This document shows positions 1-13,769 of a stretch of 64,000 nt of DNA, piece by piece. Each line of letters opens with the position of its first letter. Within the stretch, counting starts at the first letter, position 1. The stretch is from NCBI RefSeq assembly GCF_902713615.1, contig NC_052158.1, positions 32,095,990-32,159,989 on the forward strand, written 5' to 3'. Origin of the DNA: Scyliorhinus canicula (taxonomy: Eukaryota). The notes under the pieces are model-generated. The model saw only the letters and a program-made list of their open reading frames with translations. It searched no databases and was not told the origin of the DNA. A program made the position numbers and the translations under genes.

Positions 1-87
1 GTCCCTCCGGGAGCATATCCCAGCCGGCAGGATTCCCAGCGGCATGGGGTTATTTCACTGGGAAATCTCATTGACAGCGGTGAGCGT

Positions 88-417
88 TTAGAATCATAGA
101 ATCCATATAGTGCAGAAGGAGGCTATTAGGCTCATCAGGTTTGCACTGAACCCCTGGAAGAGCACCCTACCCAGGCCCACTCCCCCGCCCTATCCCCATA
201 ACCCAACATAATCTGCACATTTTAGGGCACTGCGAGGCAATTTTAGCTTGCCCAATCCACTAACCTGCACATCTTTGGGAGGGAACCGGAGCACCCAGAG
301 GGAACGCATGCAGACAAGAGGAGAAAGTACAAACTCCGCACCGACAGTCACCCAAGGGCTGGAATTCAACTCGAGTCCCAGGCGCTGAGGCAGCATTGCT
401 AACCACTGTGCTGCTGC
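88..417 (-). mobile_element. HE1/V-SINE-type SINE with CR1-derived 3' tail
   Basis: Reverse complement of a tRNA-like head (gcacagtggttagcaatgctgcctcagcgcc), V-type core (gggtgctccggttcc) and CR1-like tail ending in attctatgattcta. Confidence 0.75.
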
Positions 418-479
418 CAGCGAACGGTGCAGCAAACGGTGCAGCCAAATTCTCCATTCTGACAATGACAAATCCACAC

Positions 480-1030
480 CACAATGTATGTAAATGTGAA
501 CCTGTCCACTTTGAAAGGAAAAATAGAAAAGCAATACATTATTCAAATGACAAGAGATTGCAGAACTCTACAGTACACAAGTACCTGGAAGCCTTGGTAC
601 AGGAATCGCTCAAAGCTAGTAAGCGGTTACAGCAAGTGATTAGCAAGTCAAGTGGAATATTATCTTTTGCAAAGGGAATGGAATATCAAACTGTGCAAAT
701 TTTCCTGTGATGTGCAGAGCTTAAATAAGGCCAAATCTGGCGTATCATCAGCAAGTTTCGTCTTCACATTTAAGAAAGGAAATAAATGCATTCGAAGCAG
801 ATCAGAGAAGGTTCACTCGACTGCTATCTTATGAGGTATCTTATGAGGAACGTTCAGAGAGGTTGGGCCTGTACCAGTTGGAGTTGAGAATTATGAGAGG
901 TGATCTTATTGAAACATAATATCCTGAAGGGGACTTGATAGGGAGGGTGCTTATGGGAGAGACTAGAACGAGGTGTTACAGATGAAAACTAAAGATTCCC
1001 ATTTAAAACTTGAGTTGAGGAGAATTTTAT
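480..1030 (+). mobile_element. Degenerate CR1 LINE 3' fragment (RT C-terminal region)
   Basis: Decayed homology to the 3' part of the CR1 at 4800-5500 (aaatgtgaacctgtccactttg; ggaatattatcttttgcaaagggaatgg; gaggtgatcttattgaaacata). Confidence 0.6.
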
Positions 1031-1052
1031 TTTCACTCAAGAGGGTTGTTAG

Positions 1053-1245
1053 TGGGCTGTACGGTGGTGCAGTGGCTATCACTGCTGCCTCACAGTGATG
1101 AGGACCTGGGTTTCGATCCCGGCCCTAGGTCACTGTCCATATTTGCGCGGGTCTCACCCCCACAACCCAATGATGTGCAGGGTAAATCGAATGGCAACAC
1201 GAACTTGCCTCTTAATTGGGAAAAAAAGAATTGGAAACTTTAAAT
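1053..1245 (+). mobile_element. HE1/V-SINE-type SINE, short-tail form
   Basis: gggctgtacggtggtgcagtggctatcactgctgcctcacag head, box B-like gtttcgatccc, ttgcctcttaattgggaaaaaaag tail. Confidence 0.75.
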
Positions 1246-1269
1246 TTGCGCACGTCGAGAAGACACAGT

Positions 1270-4200
1270 CGGAGTGAGGAACATTCAGAGTGGGAAGTTA
1301 GAACTTGGTAATTTGGTGCAGTGAGGTAATTTGGTGCAGAGTGGGAGAAGGTACTTTTTCCCTGCTGTTTTGTTCTCTCTCTTTCTTCTGGCCTGTAACT
1401 TTTAATCTGCAGGGAGAGAACCAGGGAGCATCTGAGACCCTGGGTGAGTTCTCCCAGTGAGCCAGAGAAGACACAGCTAGAGTGAGGCACAACAAAGAGT
1501 GAGCTTGGGAATTTGAAACTAGGTTGAAGCAAGAAGTGTGTTCAGTTGAAGCTCCTGTTAGACCGCTTGATGGCTCTGGAGCTGCGGATGGACTCACTTT
1601 GGAGCATCCGTGATGCTGAGGACGTCGTGGATAGCACGTTTAACGAGTTGATCACACCGCAGGTGAAAGTTACTGAGGGAGATAGAAAATGGGTGACCAA
1701 AAGACAGAGCAAGAGTAGGAAGGCCGTGCATGTGTCCCCTGTGGTCATCTCCCTGCAAAACAGATATACCGCTTTGGATACTGTTGAGGGAGATGGCTCA
1801 CCAGGGGAAGGCAGAAGCAGACAGGTTCATGGCACCGTGGCTGCTTCTGCTGCACAGAAGGGCTGGAAGAAAAATGGCAGGGCTATAGTGATAGGGGACT
1901 CAATCGTAAGGGGAATAGACAGGCAGTTCTGCGGTCGCAACGGAGACTCAAGGATGCTATGTTGCCTCCCTGGTGAAAGGGTCAAGGATGTCTCAGAGCG
2001 GCTGCAGGACATTCTGGGGGGGGGGGGGGGGGGGGGGAGAGGGTGAACAGCCAGCTGTTGTGGTGCACATAGGCACCAATGATACAGAAAAAAAAACGGG
2101 ATGAGGTCCTACAAGCTGAATTCAGGGAGTTAGGAGTTAAACTAAAAAGTAGGACCTCAAAGGGAGTAATCTCAGGATTGATACCAGTGCCATGAGCTAG
2201 TCAGAGTAGGAATGTCAGGATAGGTAGGATGAATGCGTGGCTTGAGAGATGGTGCAAGACGGAGGAATTCAAATTCCTGGGGCATTGGAACCGGTTCTGG
2301 GGGTTGTGGGGCCAGTACAAACCAGACAGTCTGCACCTGGGCAGGACTGGAACCGATGTCCTAGGGGCCGTATTTGCTAGAGATGTTTGGGAGGGTTTAA
2401 ACTAATGTGGCAGGGGGATGGGAACCTAGGCAGGAAGTTGGAAGATAGTAAAATAGGGACAGAAGCAAAGGGAAGTAAGGCGGAATGTGTAAGGCAGAGA
2501 AGCCATAGTCAAAAATAAAAAGGGCGACAGGGCAAGGTACAGTGACTGTGGGGAGCTCAGTGAATAGGCTCAGTAATACTAAAAGGAATAAAACTAGAAG
2601 TAAAAACATTAATGATAAGCGACACGGCAGGTTGTTACATGAAGATATGGGATCAACAACAAGGAAAATTAGGAGAAAAGTTAAGCGGAAATATAACTTA
2701 GGAGCGGTTACTGATCGAGATGTTAAGATTCAAAACAGAGGTAAAAAAACCAACATAAGTGTACCTGAATGCTCGTAGTATTCGGAATAAAGTAAATGAG
2801 TTGATGGCGCAAATCATCGTGAATGACTATGGTTTAGTGGCCATTATTGAAACATGGTTAAAGGATGGTCACGACTGGGAGTTAAATATCCGAGGGTATC
2901 AAACTATTCGGAAGGACAGAGTGGATGGTAAGGGAGGTGGTGTTGCTCTGTTATTTAAGGATGAACTCCGGGCAACAGTAAGGGATGACATTGGTGCGAT
3001 GGAGGATAAGGTTGAACCCACTTGGGTGGAAATCAGGAATAGTAAGGCGACAAAGTCACTGATAGGAGTAGTCTATAGGCCACCAAATAGTAACATTATG
3101 GTGGGGCAGGCAATAAACAAAGAAATAACTGATGCATGTAGAAATGGTACAGCAGTTATCATGGGGGATTTTAATCTACATGTTGATTGGTTTAACAGGA
3201 CGGTCAAGGCAGCCTTGAGGAGGAGTTTATAGAATGTATCCGCGATAGTTTCCTAGAACAGTATGTAATGGAACCTACGAGGGAACAAGCGGTCCTAGAA
3301 CTTGTCCTGTGTAATGAGACAGGATTGATTCATGATCTCATAGTTAGGGATCCTCTCAGAAGGAGCAATCACAATATGGTGGAATGTAAAATACAGATGG
3401 AGGGTGAGAAGGCAAAATCAAATACTCGTGTTTTGTGCTGAAACAAAGGAGATTACAATGGGATGAGAGAAGAACTAGCAAAGGTAGACTGGGAGCAAAG
3501 ACTTTATGGTGGACCAGTTGAGGAACAGTGGAGAACCTTCCAAGCGATTTTTCACAGTGCTCAGCAAAGGTTTATACCAACAAAAAGGAAGGATGGTAGA
3601 AAGAGAGAAAATCGACCGTGGATATCTAAGGAAATAAGGGAGAGTATCAAATTGAAGGAAAAAGCATACAAAGTGGCAAAGGTTGGTGGGAAACTAGAGG
3701 ACTGGGAAATTTTTAAGGGGCAACAGAAAGCTTCTAAAAAAACCTATAAAGAAGAGTAAGATAGATTATGAGAGTAAACTTGCTCAGAATATAAAAACAG
3801 ATAGTAAAAGCTTCTACAAATATATAAAACAAAAAAAGAGTGGCTAAGGTAAATATTGGTCCTTTAGAGGATGAGAAGGGAGTTTTAATAATGGGAGATG
3901 AGGAAATGGCTAAGGAACTGAACAGGTTTTTTGGGTCGGTCACAGTGAAAGACACAAATAACATGCCAGTGACTGATAGAAATGAGGCTATGACAGGTGA
4001 GGACCTTGAGAGGATTGTAATCACTAAGCAGGTAGTGATGGGCAAGCTAATGGGGCTAAAGGTAGACAAGTCTCCTGGCCCTGATGGAATGCATCCCAGA
4101 GTGCTAAAAGAGATGGCTAGGGAAATTGCAAATGCACTTGTGATAATTTACCAAAATTCACTAGACTCTGGGGTGGTCCCGGTGGATTGGAAATTAGCAA

Positions 4201-5649
4201 ACGTGACACCACTGTTTAAAAAAGGAGGTCGGCAGAGAACAGGTAATTATAGGCCAGTGAGCTTAACTTCAGTAGTAGGGAAGATGCTGGAATCTATCAT
4301 CAAGGAAATAGCGAAGCATCTGGATAGAAATTGTCCCATTGGGCAGATGCAGCATGGGTTCATAAAGGGCAGGTCATGCCTAACTAATTTGGTGGAATTT
4401 GTTGAGGACATTACCAATGTGGTAGATAACGGGGAGCCAATGGATGTGGTATATCTGGATTTCCAGAAAGCCTTTGACAAGATGCCACACAAAAGGTTGC
4501 TGCTTCAGATAAAGATGCATGGCATTAAGGATAAAGTAGTAGCATGGATAGAGGATTGGTTAATTAATAGAAAGCAAAGAGTGGGGATTAATGGGTGTTT
4601 CTCTGGATGGCAATCAGTAGCTAGTGGTGTCCCTCAGGGATCAGTGTTGGGCCCACAATTGTTCACAATTCACATAGATGATTTGGAGTTGGGGACCAAG
4701 GGCAATGTGCCCAAGTCTGCATATGACACTAAGATGAGTGGTAAAGCAAAAATGTACAGAGGATACCAGACGTCTGCAGAGGGATTTGGATAGTTTAAAT
4801 GAATGAGCTCGGGTCTGGCAGATGGAATACAATGTTGACAAATGTGAGGTTATCCATTTTGGTATGAATTACAGCAAACAGGATTATTATTTAAATGATA
4901 AAATATTAAAGCATGCTTCTGTGCAGAGAGACCTGGGTGTGCTAGTGCATGAGTCGCAAAAAGTTGGTTTACAGGTGCAACAGGTGATTAAGAAGACAAA
5001 TGGAATTTTGTCCTTCATTGCTAGAGGGATGGAGTTTAAGACGAGGGATGTTATGCTGCAATTGTATAAGGTGTTAGTGGGGCCACACCTGGAGTATTGT
5101 GTTCAGTTTTGGTCTCCTTACCTGAGAAAGGACGTACTGGCACTGGACGGTGTGCAGAGGAGATTCACTAGGTTATTCCCAGAGCTGAAAGACTTGGATT
5201 ATGAGGAGAGGTTGAGTAGACTGGGACTGTACTCTTTGGAATTCAGAAGGATGAGGGGGGATCTTATGGAAACATATAAAATTATGAAGGGAATAGATAG
5301 GATAAATGCGGGTAGGTTGTTTCCACTGGCGGGTGAAAGCAGAACTACGGGGCATAGCCTCAAAATAAGGGGAAGTAGATTTAGGACTGAGTTTAGGAGG
5401 AACGTCTTCACCCAAAGGGTTGTGCATCTATGGAATTCCTTGCCCAGTGAAGCAGTAGATGCTCCTTCATTGAATGTTTTTAAGATAAAGATAGATAGTT
5501 TTTTGAAGAATAAAGGGATTAAGGGTTATGGTGTTCGGGCCAGAAAGTGGAGCTGAGTCCACAAAAGATCAGCCAAGATCTCATTGAATGGTGGAGCAGG
5601 CCCGAGGGGCCAGCTGGCCTACTCCTGCTCCTAGTTCTTATGTTCTTAT
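1270..5649 (+). mobile_element. Near-full-length CR1 LINE (esterase ORF1 + APE/RT ORF2), disrupted by frameshifts
   Basis: ORF1 SGNH/GDSL motif IVIGDSIVRG (1546-2046); APE motifs YLNARS, GVVYRPP, IMGDFN (2759-3232); RT motifs KSPGPDG, YRPVSLTS, YLDFQKAFD, GVPQGSVLGP (3840-4793); C-terminal ORF 4822-5556; 3' tail ttcttatgttcttat. Confidence 0.93.
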
Positions 5650-6104
5650 AAACAAAAAAGAAGATTGTTAATCTGTGGAATTCTATTTCCCAGAGACAGA
5701 TGAAGCAGGGTCAATGGCTGGTTTCAAGTCTGAGTTCGATCAATATGTGGTTGACAAAGGAGTCAAATGTTTCAGGGGTAGGCAGAAGAGTTGATGTTGA
5801 TGTTTGGGTGGCTTCACGTTTACAGAGGGGGAGCATGGGGGAGCCCAGTGAGAACGACATTGAAATAGTTGAATCTCGAGGTAAAAGAAAACTATGAGGG
5901 TTTCACTAGCAGATGAGTTGAAACAGGAGCAGAGTTGGGTGAGGTACTGGAAGTGGATTTTGGGTGATGGTGCAGTTACATTTTTGGAAGCTTATCTCGG
6001 GGTTAAACGTAGCAGATTTGAAACAGTTAAATCAGCCTTCAAAACACGTTAGTCTCTTTCGTGAAACATTAATTAAGGTCTACCTTCAGCCTTTTTAATA
6101 AAAT

Positions 6105-6394
6105 AATTTTTATTGTCACAAGTAGGCTTCCATTAACACAGCAATGAAGCTACTGTTAAAAGCCCCTAGCCGCCACATTCCTGCACCTGTTCGGGTACAC
6201 GGAGGGAGAATTCAGAATGTCAAATTCACCTGACAGCACGTCTTTCGGGACTTGTGGGAGGAAACCGGAGCACCCCGGAGGAAACCCACGCAGACACAGG
6301 GAGAACGTGCAGACTCCACACAGACAGTGACCCAAGTCAGGATTCGAACCTGGGACCCTGGCGCTGTGAAGCAACAGTGCTAACCACTGTGCTA
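6105..6394 (-). mobile_element. SINE: V-SINE head/core with an alternative tail (ggcttttaacagtagcttcattgc...gcctacttgtgacaataaa)
   Basis: Head and core match the other SINEs; tail matches the SINEs at 8488-8665 and ~15085-15205. Confidence 0.75.
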
Positions 6395-7356
6395 AATAAT
6401 CCCGCAGGAGGTCTGGGGTATGTTCTGATGAAACTTCATTTAACCTGAAACATTGTGGGGGTTTTTTCCACATCCCTACAGCCTGTTGTTGGCCAGTGGT
6501 GGGATCTTGCTGTCAATGGGATTTCTCATTGAAAATGCAAGCAGCTGGGATTTACCGTCAGCTACACTGGAATATCCCGCTGCCAAGAATGGCCGTAAAA
6601 TGCGTCCCCCACCCTTGTTTTTCTCCACAGATGCTGCCTGACCTGCTGAGTACGTTGCAGCGTAGTTTGTCTTGATTTCAGATTTCCAGCCTCTGCAGTA
6701 ACTTGCTTTACAATTAGGATTACTCCCTGGGTGGAAGTACACTCTACATGTGATGATATAGCAATGGTCATGCGACAGGAAGCATTGCGTCAGTCACTGT
6801 GCCACATATATATGTGGTCCCTTTATCAGTCACATAGCTCACACTGTGTTGCTCTATAGTTCAAGCATTCAATGAAACTTTCCTTATACACTTGTTCCAC
6901 AGCAAATACTATGGCGACTGGTTCAACCCAATTGTTGCCTCACTGTGGTACAAACCGTCCAATTACAAGAGAGATAATGAATCCATCTGCCTTCCCAGGT
7001 CACAGCCTCAGAATATCTGGCTTCAACAGTTTCCCATATTCGGACTCCGATCAGCTTGTACACAGTCCTACGGCAATATTGCCTAGGTCAGGGAAATAGG
7101 AGCATACAAACCAGGCCATCGGCCCCTCGTGCCTGCTCCACCATTCAATAAGAAGATTGCTAATCAGAGTGGGATTTCAATCCAACATTCCCGCCTATCC
7201 CGAATACCTTTCACGTCCTTGTTAATCAAGAATCTTATCTGGCACTGCATTAAAAATATTGAAAGATTCTGCTTCTACTTTCTTTTGAGTTCCAGAGTCT
7301 CACCACGCTCTAAGAGAAATAAATTCTCATAATCTCTCTTAACTGAGAGATACCAT

Positions 7357-7996
7357 GGGCTAGATTCTCTGGTCGCTGACGCCAAAATCACGTTCAGCAA
7401 CGGGCCGGAGAATTGAAATTCCCGACCGAATCGGGATGGCGCTGCTTCCGCGATGCTCCGCCCCTCCGAAGCAGCGTACTCAGAGAGTACGCTACACCAC
7501 GTATCCATGGCCTCAGGACATTGCCTGAAGCCCACTCCCCGATGCTTCACCCCGACCAGACGAGTTTCCGATGGCGTTGGACACGTGTGGTCTCACCTAT
7601 CGGGAACTCCGCATGGCGGCTACGGACTCAGTCCAACGCCGCCACAGTTGGAGGAGGACCAATCTGCAGGTGGGGGGGACATTATTCGGGGCTGGGGCTG
7701 CGAGGGGTGGTCCGGTGGACGCGAGACAGGCTGAAGGGTGGGACTATTTCCCGGGCCGGGTCCGCGAGCGGCATCCGCCATGAATCACAGCCCGGTCGCT
7801 GCAGGCCGCTGCTGTGCACATGAGCGACCACAGACCTGGCAATTCTCCGAGCTGTATTGCCAGCGAGAGCCAGGTACTCTACGCTGCCTTCCCGATAGCT
7901 CCCAGCAAAACGGGGAATCAGTGGCCGTTTTGCGCCAGCTTTCCACGCCACCATTCCCACGTGGGGACATAGTCTGCAAATCGGATAATCCAGCCC
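7357..7996. mobile_element. PIF/Harbinger-type non-autonomous element (MITE)
   Basis: TIRs GGGCTAGATTCTCT (7357) and GGATAATCCAGCCC (7983-7996); internal similarity to the 30966 and 41930 elements. Confidence 0.7.
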
Positions 7997-8358
7997 CTAA
8001 TTTTGAAACAATGAACCTCAATTTTAGATTCTCCGACAAGAGGAAACACCCTCTCCACATCCACCCTGTCAATACCTCTCAGGATCTTAAAGGTTACGAT
8101 CAAGTCAATTCTTACTCTTCTAAACTATGGTGGATACAAATCTAACCTCATTAAATTTTCCTCATAAGACACATTCCTGCTATTAGTGTGGTAAACGTCA
8201 TAGTAGCCAGCTCTCTTGTCTAGAATTCAAGGCCCTCCTGTTTTTACTGCCCTATATCTGGGCCTCTGAGATTCTTCATTCTCACTCTCACACAGAAGGC
8301 TGCCTACTTCCACATTCAGCTTCAATTCCTGCCAAAGAACTTACTTTTGACAATTGGG

Positions 8359-9432
8359 ATTCCTTTCAAAATCTTCCAGGTCACTGAATTGTTACAGGGC
8401 AGAAGGAAGACATTCGGCCCATCCTGTCTACACTAGCTCTCCGAGTGAGCAGTTAGCTTCGTGCCATTCCCAAGCCTTCTCCCCATGAAATTAAAATGAA
8501 AATGGCTTATTGTCACAAGTCGCCCTCAATGAAGTTACTGTGAAAAGCCCCTCTTCGCCAAATTCCAGCGCCTATTCGGGGAGGCTGGTAAGGAATTGAA
8601 CCCGCGCTGCTGGCATTGTTCTGCATTGCAAGCTAGCTGTTTTGCCCACTGTGCTAAACCAGCCCTTGTATATCCATCCTTTTCAGATAACAGTCTAATT
8701 CCATTTTGAATGTTTTGGTCGAACCTGCCTCCACCATACTCTCAGACAGTGCATTCCAGATCTTAAACACTCCCTCTTTTGTTGTGTGTACGGTGTCTAG
8801 ACAGGGCTATTTGGGGCTTGTTTATTCTCCCAATGTGAGCTGCTCAAGACTGTAATTTCTCAAAATCATTGCTGAGAATTTACAGCTGCTATTTACCCAT
8901 TTGGATCTTTGCACAGAGCTGGAACCACTCCTTCCAGAGCGCCCTTATTCAGTCACGTGACCTAACATCATTATTAAACCAGCCACCCATAGGCTTTTGA
9001 CATGAACATTTTACATTCACTACATGTAAAAGATTTTCCTCGTCATTTTTGCTTCTTTTACCAAGTAATTTAAATCTGTGCCCTCTGGTTCTCCATCCTT
9101 TCACAAGTGGGGACAGTTTCTCCCGATCTACTCTGTCCAGACCTTTCACAATTTTGAAGATCTCTATTAAATCATCTCTTGGCCTTCTCTTCTGCAAGGA
9201 AAACACAACAAACCTCTCCAATCTATCTTCATAACTGAAGTTTATCGTCCCAGGAACTGTTCTCATTCATCTTTTCTGCGCTCTCTACAATGCTGGCACA
9301 TCCTTCCTAAAGTGTGGTGCCCAGAACTGGACCTAATATTCCTTCTGAGGCTGAACTAGTCTCATATAAGTTCAACATAATCTCCTGGCTCTTGTATTCT
9401 AAGCCCCTATTAATAAAGCTTATGATATTGCA
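8359..9432. repeat. Duplicated composite block, copy 1 (paralogue of 42759-43629)
   Basis: Colinear similarity starting gattcctttcaaaatcttccaggtca, through a CR1 tail, a ~230 bp non-CR1 segment with GTCACGTGAC, and a minus-strand CR1 RT remnant. Confidence 0.85.
8488..8665 (-). mobile_element. Short tRNA-derived SINE (gggctggtttagcacagtggg head) inserted into duplicated block copy 1
   Basis: Absent at the homologous position of copy 2 (ttctccccatgaccctgcatatcc); tail shared with the 6105-6394 SINE. Confidence 0.75.
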
Positions 9433-10530
9433 TGCTCTATTGTCCTTTGTTCCTGCACTTTTTATACCTTATATTATCTCCATTTTCTTCAGACCAAAAT
9501 GAATCACTTCACGTTTCTCCACATTGAATTTCACGTGCCATCTGCCCTTCCACGATCCTCCCCACAGCTCACAATGCTTCCGAGTTTTATACCATCCACA
9601 AGTTTTGAAATAGATCTTTGTACACAAAGTTCTAGGTCAGTAATATAGGGTGGCACAGTGGTTAGCGCTGCTGCCTCACAGCATCAGGGACCCGGGTTAA
9701 ATTCTGGCCTTGGATTACTGTCTGTGTGGAGTTTGTACATTCTCCCGGTGTCTGTGGGTTTCCTGCAGGTGACAGTTTCCTCCCACAGTCCAAACATGTG
9801 CTGGTTAGGTAGATTGGCCATGATAAACTGCCCCTTCGTGTCCAGGGATGTGCAGGTTAGGTTATGAGGTTATGGGGATAGGGGAGAGTGGGTAAGGGTG
9901 GAGTGCTCCTTCGAAGGGTCAGTGCAGACTCGATGGGCTGAATGGCCACCTTCTGCGTTGTAGGGATTCTATGATATAACAGAAAGAACAAGGGTCCCAA
10001 AACTAACCTCTGGGGAACTCCATTATAAATCTCCCTACAGCTCCAAAATCATTGCTTAACCTTACTCATTGCTTCCTGTCACTCAACCAATTTTGTCTCC
10101 ACCTTGCTACTTTCCTTTGAGTTCCATGAACTATAACATTGCCCAGAGGTCTGTTGTGTGGCACTGCATCTAACGGCTTTTGGAAATCCATGCATACCGC
10201 ATCAACAGCATTACCTTCCTCAACTCTCTCCATTAGCAGCCACTACTTTCCATTCAGACATTTATGTTGCTGAATTTCATGAAATCAGATTGTCCATGTG
10301 ACTTTTTAATGTTGACTAAAATGACCATTTCTAGAAGTTTTCCCAGCACCAAAATAAAATTAATTGGCCTGCAGTTGCTGGGCTCTTCTGTTCACACTTT
10401 ATTGAACATGGGCACAATGTTTGCAATTATCCAGTCCTCTGGCACTACTCCCAAGTCTCAGGAAAACTGGAAAATTGTGTCCAGTGCCTCGTAATTTCCA
10501 TTTTCACTTCTCTCATTGTTCTTGGGTAGA
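9000..10530 (-). mobile_element. Degenerate CR1 ORF2 fragment interrupted by a SINE
   Basis: Minus ORF 8949-9266 (SYEDRLERF...DDLIEIFKIVKGLDRVD); RT-like remnants to ~10500 (ggctttggaaatcc; aattggcctgcagttg). Confidence 0.65.
9648..9976 (+). mobile_element. HE1/V-SINE-type SINE with CR1-like tail
   Basis: gggtggcacagtggttagcgctgctgcctcacag head; tail gatgggctgaatggccaccttctgc...ggattctatgat. Confidence 0.8.
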
Positions 10531-12513
10531 TCTCATTGAGTATCAACTTTTAAGTCGAGGCAGAGAAATGCCTAACATTGTACCGAGAGGCATGATGGTA
10601 AAAGAGACGAACAGACTTGTGTGTGAAAAGAAGCAGCTCAGCTGGGAAAATGAGGAACAACAACTTGTACATCTGGACTCTTCACTGACAACATTTTGTG
10701 TTGAAACAGCAGAACCAAGACTTTCCAAGGGCAACTGAATTCTCCGTTGTCAATGATTATTTATGAGAAAGAACTAAAACCTCACAAAAAGAAGAAACTT
10801 CTGAGATTTCGACAACAGTAACCCTGGGATCAACATTCATGGAGAAGAGACTTGAGGTTGGAACTCAGAGGAAAATAACAAACCCTCCAGAGTATGTCTG
10901 GCTAAGTGTCTCTATCGGTTAGTGTTTTGAATTCAAACTGAGTCTTGAGAATTATGTAACTGTTCGAGTAAGTGCATAACTAAAGTATTTTTGAGTTAAA
11001 TAAAGTTGTTTTAAATAAACGTCAGAGTGGCCGGTCCGATCTGGAGTTAACATCTCAGTCACCCAGCCTAAGCTTGAATTAAGAGGACAGTGAGCCCCAC
11101 ATGATGGCTAGGAACAAGTGGATGAAGGGAGTATAAAATAAAGGACTGGGTAGCTGATGTGTTCTGAGGGCATGTTCGAACCACCAATGTTGCAGACAAA
11201 TTGTTACAGCAAAAGGTCATTATTAACATTTCGGCAACTTCCAAAAATCAGCCTTGAAGATTGTTCAGCAAACCTCATGTGCATAGACGAGGAGAGACTG
11301 AATGGGAAGTTAGCGACAATGGTATCTGGGAACGGGTTTAAATAGATTAAGGGGGACATTCTATTTTGTTCCTCTCCACCACATTGGCGCCGACCCCAAA
11401 ACTGGTAAATTAACATGTTGATTATCTGAGATCTAAAAATGGCTGTCTCGGCCAGAATGGGAAGTGGCACTCAGGGCGTACCTAAACCATAAATGGCCCA
11501 AATGGATAGATCATTTTGGGAAAGAATTAAAGGGCCTGGGACACACTGGACAGCGACAGTGGGAAGAAGCCCATAGGTAAATGCATGCCTAAAAGTGAGA
11601 CACCCATAGCCATACTTACTTACACCCGAGAATTAAATGATAAAGAAATGGAGATTGAAAATTTAAAGTGAGGGCAGCACGGTGGCGCAGTGGTTAGCAC
11701 TGCTTCCTACGGCACTGAGGACCCGGGTTCGATTCCGACCCCCGGCCAAAACAACAATCCCAAAGGCAAAGACCCAGTCCACTGGTGCTCCTTCCCTTGG
11801 AAGGACCACAGATGCAGGAATAGGGATATGCCTCCATGGCCCCTGTTACAAAGGCCATATAATGTTTTACATCAATTTCTTCCTTTTGCAACTTTGAGAT
11901 TTACTTTGTGCTGCATGGCAGTGATAGTATCACTACTTTATGATCCTCTGCAGTACCGCCTGGCATATCCACCTTTTCCTTTGCAGTCTTTACAACCATT
12001 GCTCCTGCAATGTCCATAATTCTATTTTCACTGATGCATAAATCCTGCTGTAGAAATGTGAGGTCAGTTTGAAAGCTATTGATATATGAAGCCAATGCAA
12101 TAATGTACGTTTCATAGAGGCTGGCATTTCATTTTTTTATACGTCCATAGTTGTGAGTCAGGTCTGCAAAACTTTTCATCAAGCTGTTTTTTATAACTTC
12201 TGCAACATCACTACCTTTGTGCTTGAATTTGCATTTTTTAAGGCGATGGCCAAACTTAATCTGGAACTCTCAGGATATAACCCGAGTGTGTGATGGTGTC
12301 AGGCCTCTCCGATGTGGGTGTGTTGCGCTGGGCAGGATGGTGTGCGATGACCTCTTGTGGATGGTAAGGTAGGAGGGCCGTCCCGCTGAATTCTTAAACT
12401 CATCCAAAATTACAAACCTACACTGGTGTACTGGGAATACCATAATTCTGAATGGATTCACTGGCCACTCACTGCAAGGAGTGGATATCACACAGCCAGA
12501 CGTCAGATTTAGA

Positions 12514-12740
12514 GGGCAACACGGTGGTGCAGTGGATAGCACTGAGACTGTGGCGCTGAGGACCCAGGTTCGAATCCCGGCCCTGAGTCACTGTCCGTGT
12601 TGAGTTTGCACATTCTCCCTGTATCTGCCTGGGTTTCACCCCTACAACCCAAAAGATGTGCAGGTTAGGTGGATTGGCCACACTAAATTGCCCCTTAGTT
12701 GGAAAAAAAAATAATTGGGTACTCTAAATTTATTTTTATA
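12514..12740 (+). mobile_element. SINE (short-tail form) inserted into the ERV protease region
   Basis: gggcaacacggtggtgcagtgg head, aattgggtactctaaattt tail, flanking cagattt duplication. Confidence 0.75.
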
Positions 12741-13769
12741 ATGCAGATTTGGAGGTTAATTTGTTTTCATCCAGCCTTTCTCGTAACCCTAAATGTAGAA
12801 GCAGAACATATTCTTGGCTCCGACATGATGACAAGTTTTGATTCATCCTTTGACCCAGCAGATGGAGAATTTGGCAGAAGTACAGTGGATGTTCCCACAG
12901 GAGCTTACCCCGAACGAATATGTACAGTCGGAGAATTGTGGATCAGTCCCTCAGTTCTGACGGATGACCCACGAGCACAAGAAATTATTCAACAACGTGT
13001 TGAGGCATTTGCAACTCGCAAACGTGACTGTGGCCAAATTCTGGGAGAAATTGGGAGAGAAGGCCGAGACCCCAAGCCACAAAAGTAGTACGGCTTCCTC
13101 AAACAGGCAGAATGTGGAATTCTGACTGTAATAACAGGCTTGTTACGACCTCTTGCATCCACAAATAATTCACTAATTTGGCCAGCAAGAAAGATGGACG
13201 GATCCTGGTGACTGGCAATTGACAATCGAGAATTAAATAAGGTTAATCCGTTGACCGAACCCCAGGTCACAGCTAGCCCTGGGACGATGTTAAAACAGAC
13301 CCCACAAACTCAGTACTTCACGGTATTAGATAACATTAATGGTTTTTGATCAATTTCCTTGCAAAGGGAATGCCAGTATAAATTTGCATTTACCTTCCAA
13401 GACCAATAATAGACATGGACTGCTCGCCCCAAGCGTTTCACAATTCACCTCCTGTCTTTCTCCAAAGACGAGCCCAAGGACTCAAACATTTTTCCCAGCC
13501 GTAACCACATTGATGGCTTTATCACAAAAGCTCCTCAAGAAGGACATCTTGTGGCAATGGGTGGAACCACATACTGAGGCTGTTGTGGACCTGAAAAAGG
13601 CTTTAGCCAAAGCCCCAGCTTTAGAACATAGAACATGCAGTGCAGAAGGAGGCCTTTCGGCCCATCGGGACTGAACAGACCCACTTAAGCCCTCACTTCC
13701 ACCCTATCCCCGTAACCCAATAACCCCTCCTAACCTTTTTGGTCACTAAAGGCAATGTATCATGGCCAC

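Noticed and set aside
11386-11398. TGGCGCCGACCCC as a tRNA-Lys primer-binding site of the ERV
   Set aside because: Only a partial match and ~330 bp from the apparent LTR end, so not supportable
11672-11735. tRNA-like sequences with A and B boxes (here and at other SINE heads)
   Set aside because: They are SINE heads continuing into SINE cores or truncated; no complete cloverleaf tRNA gene
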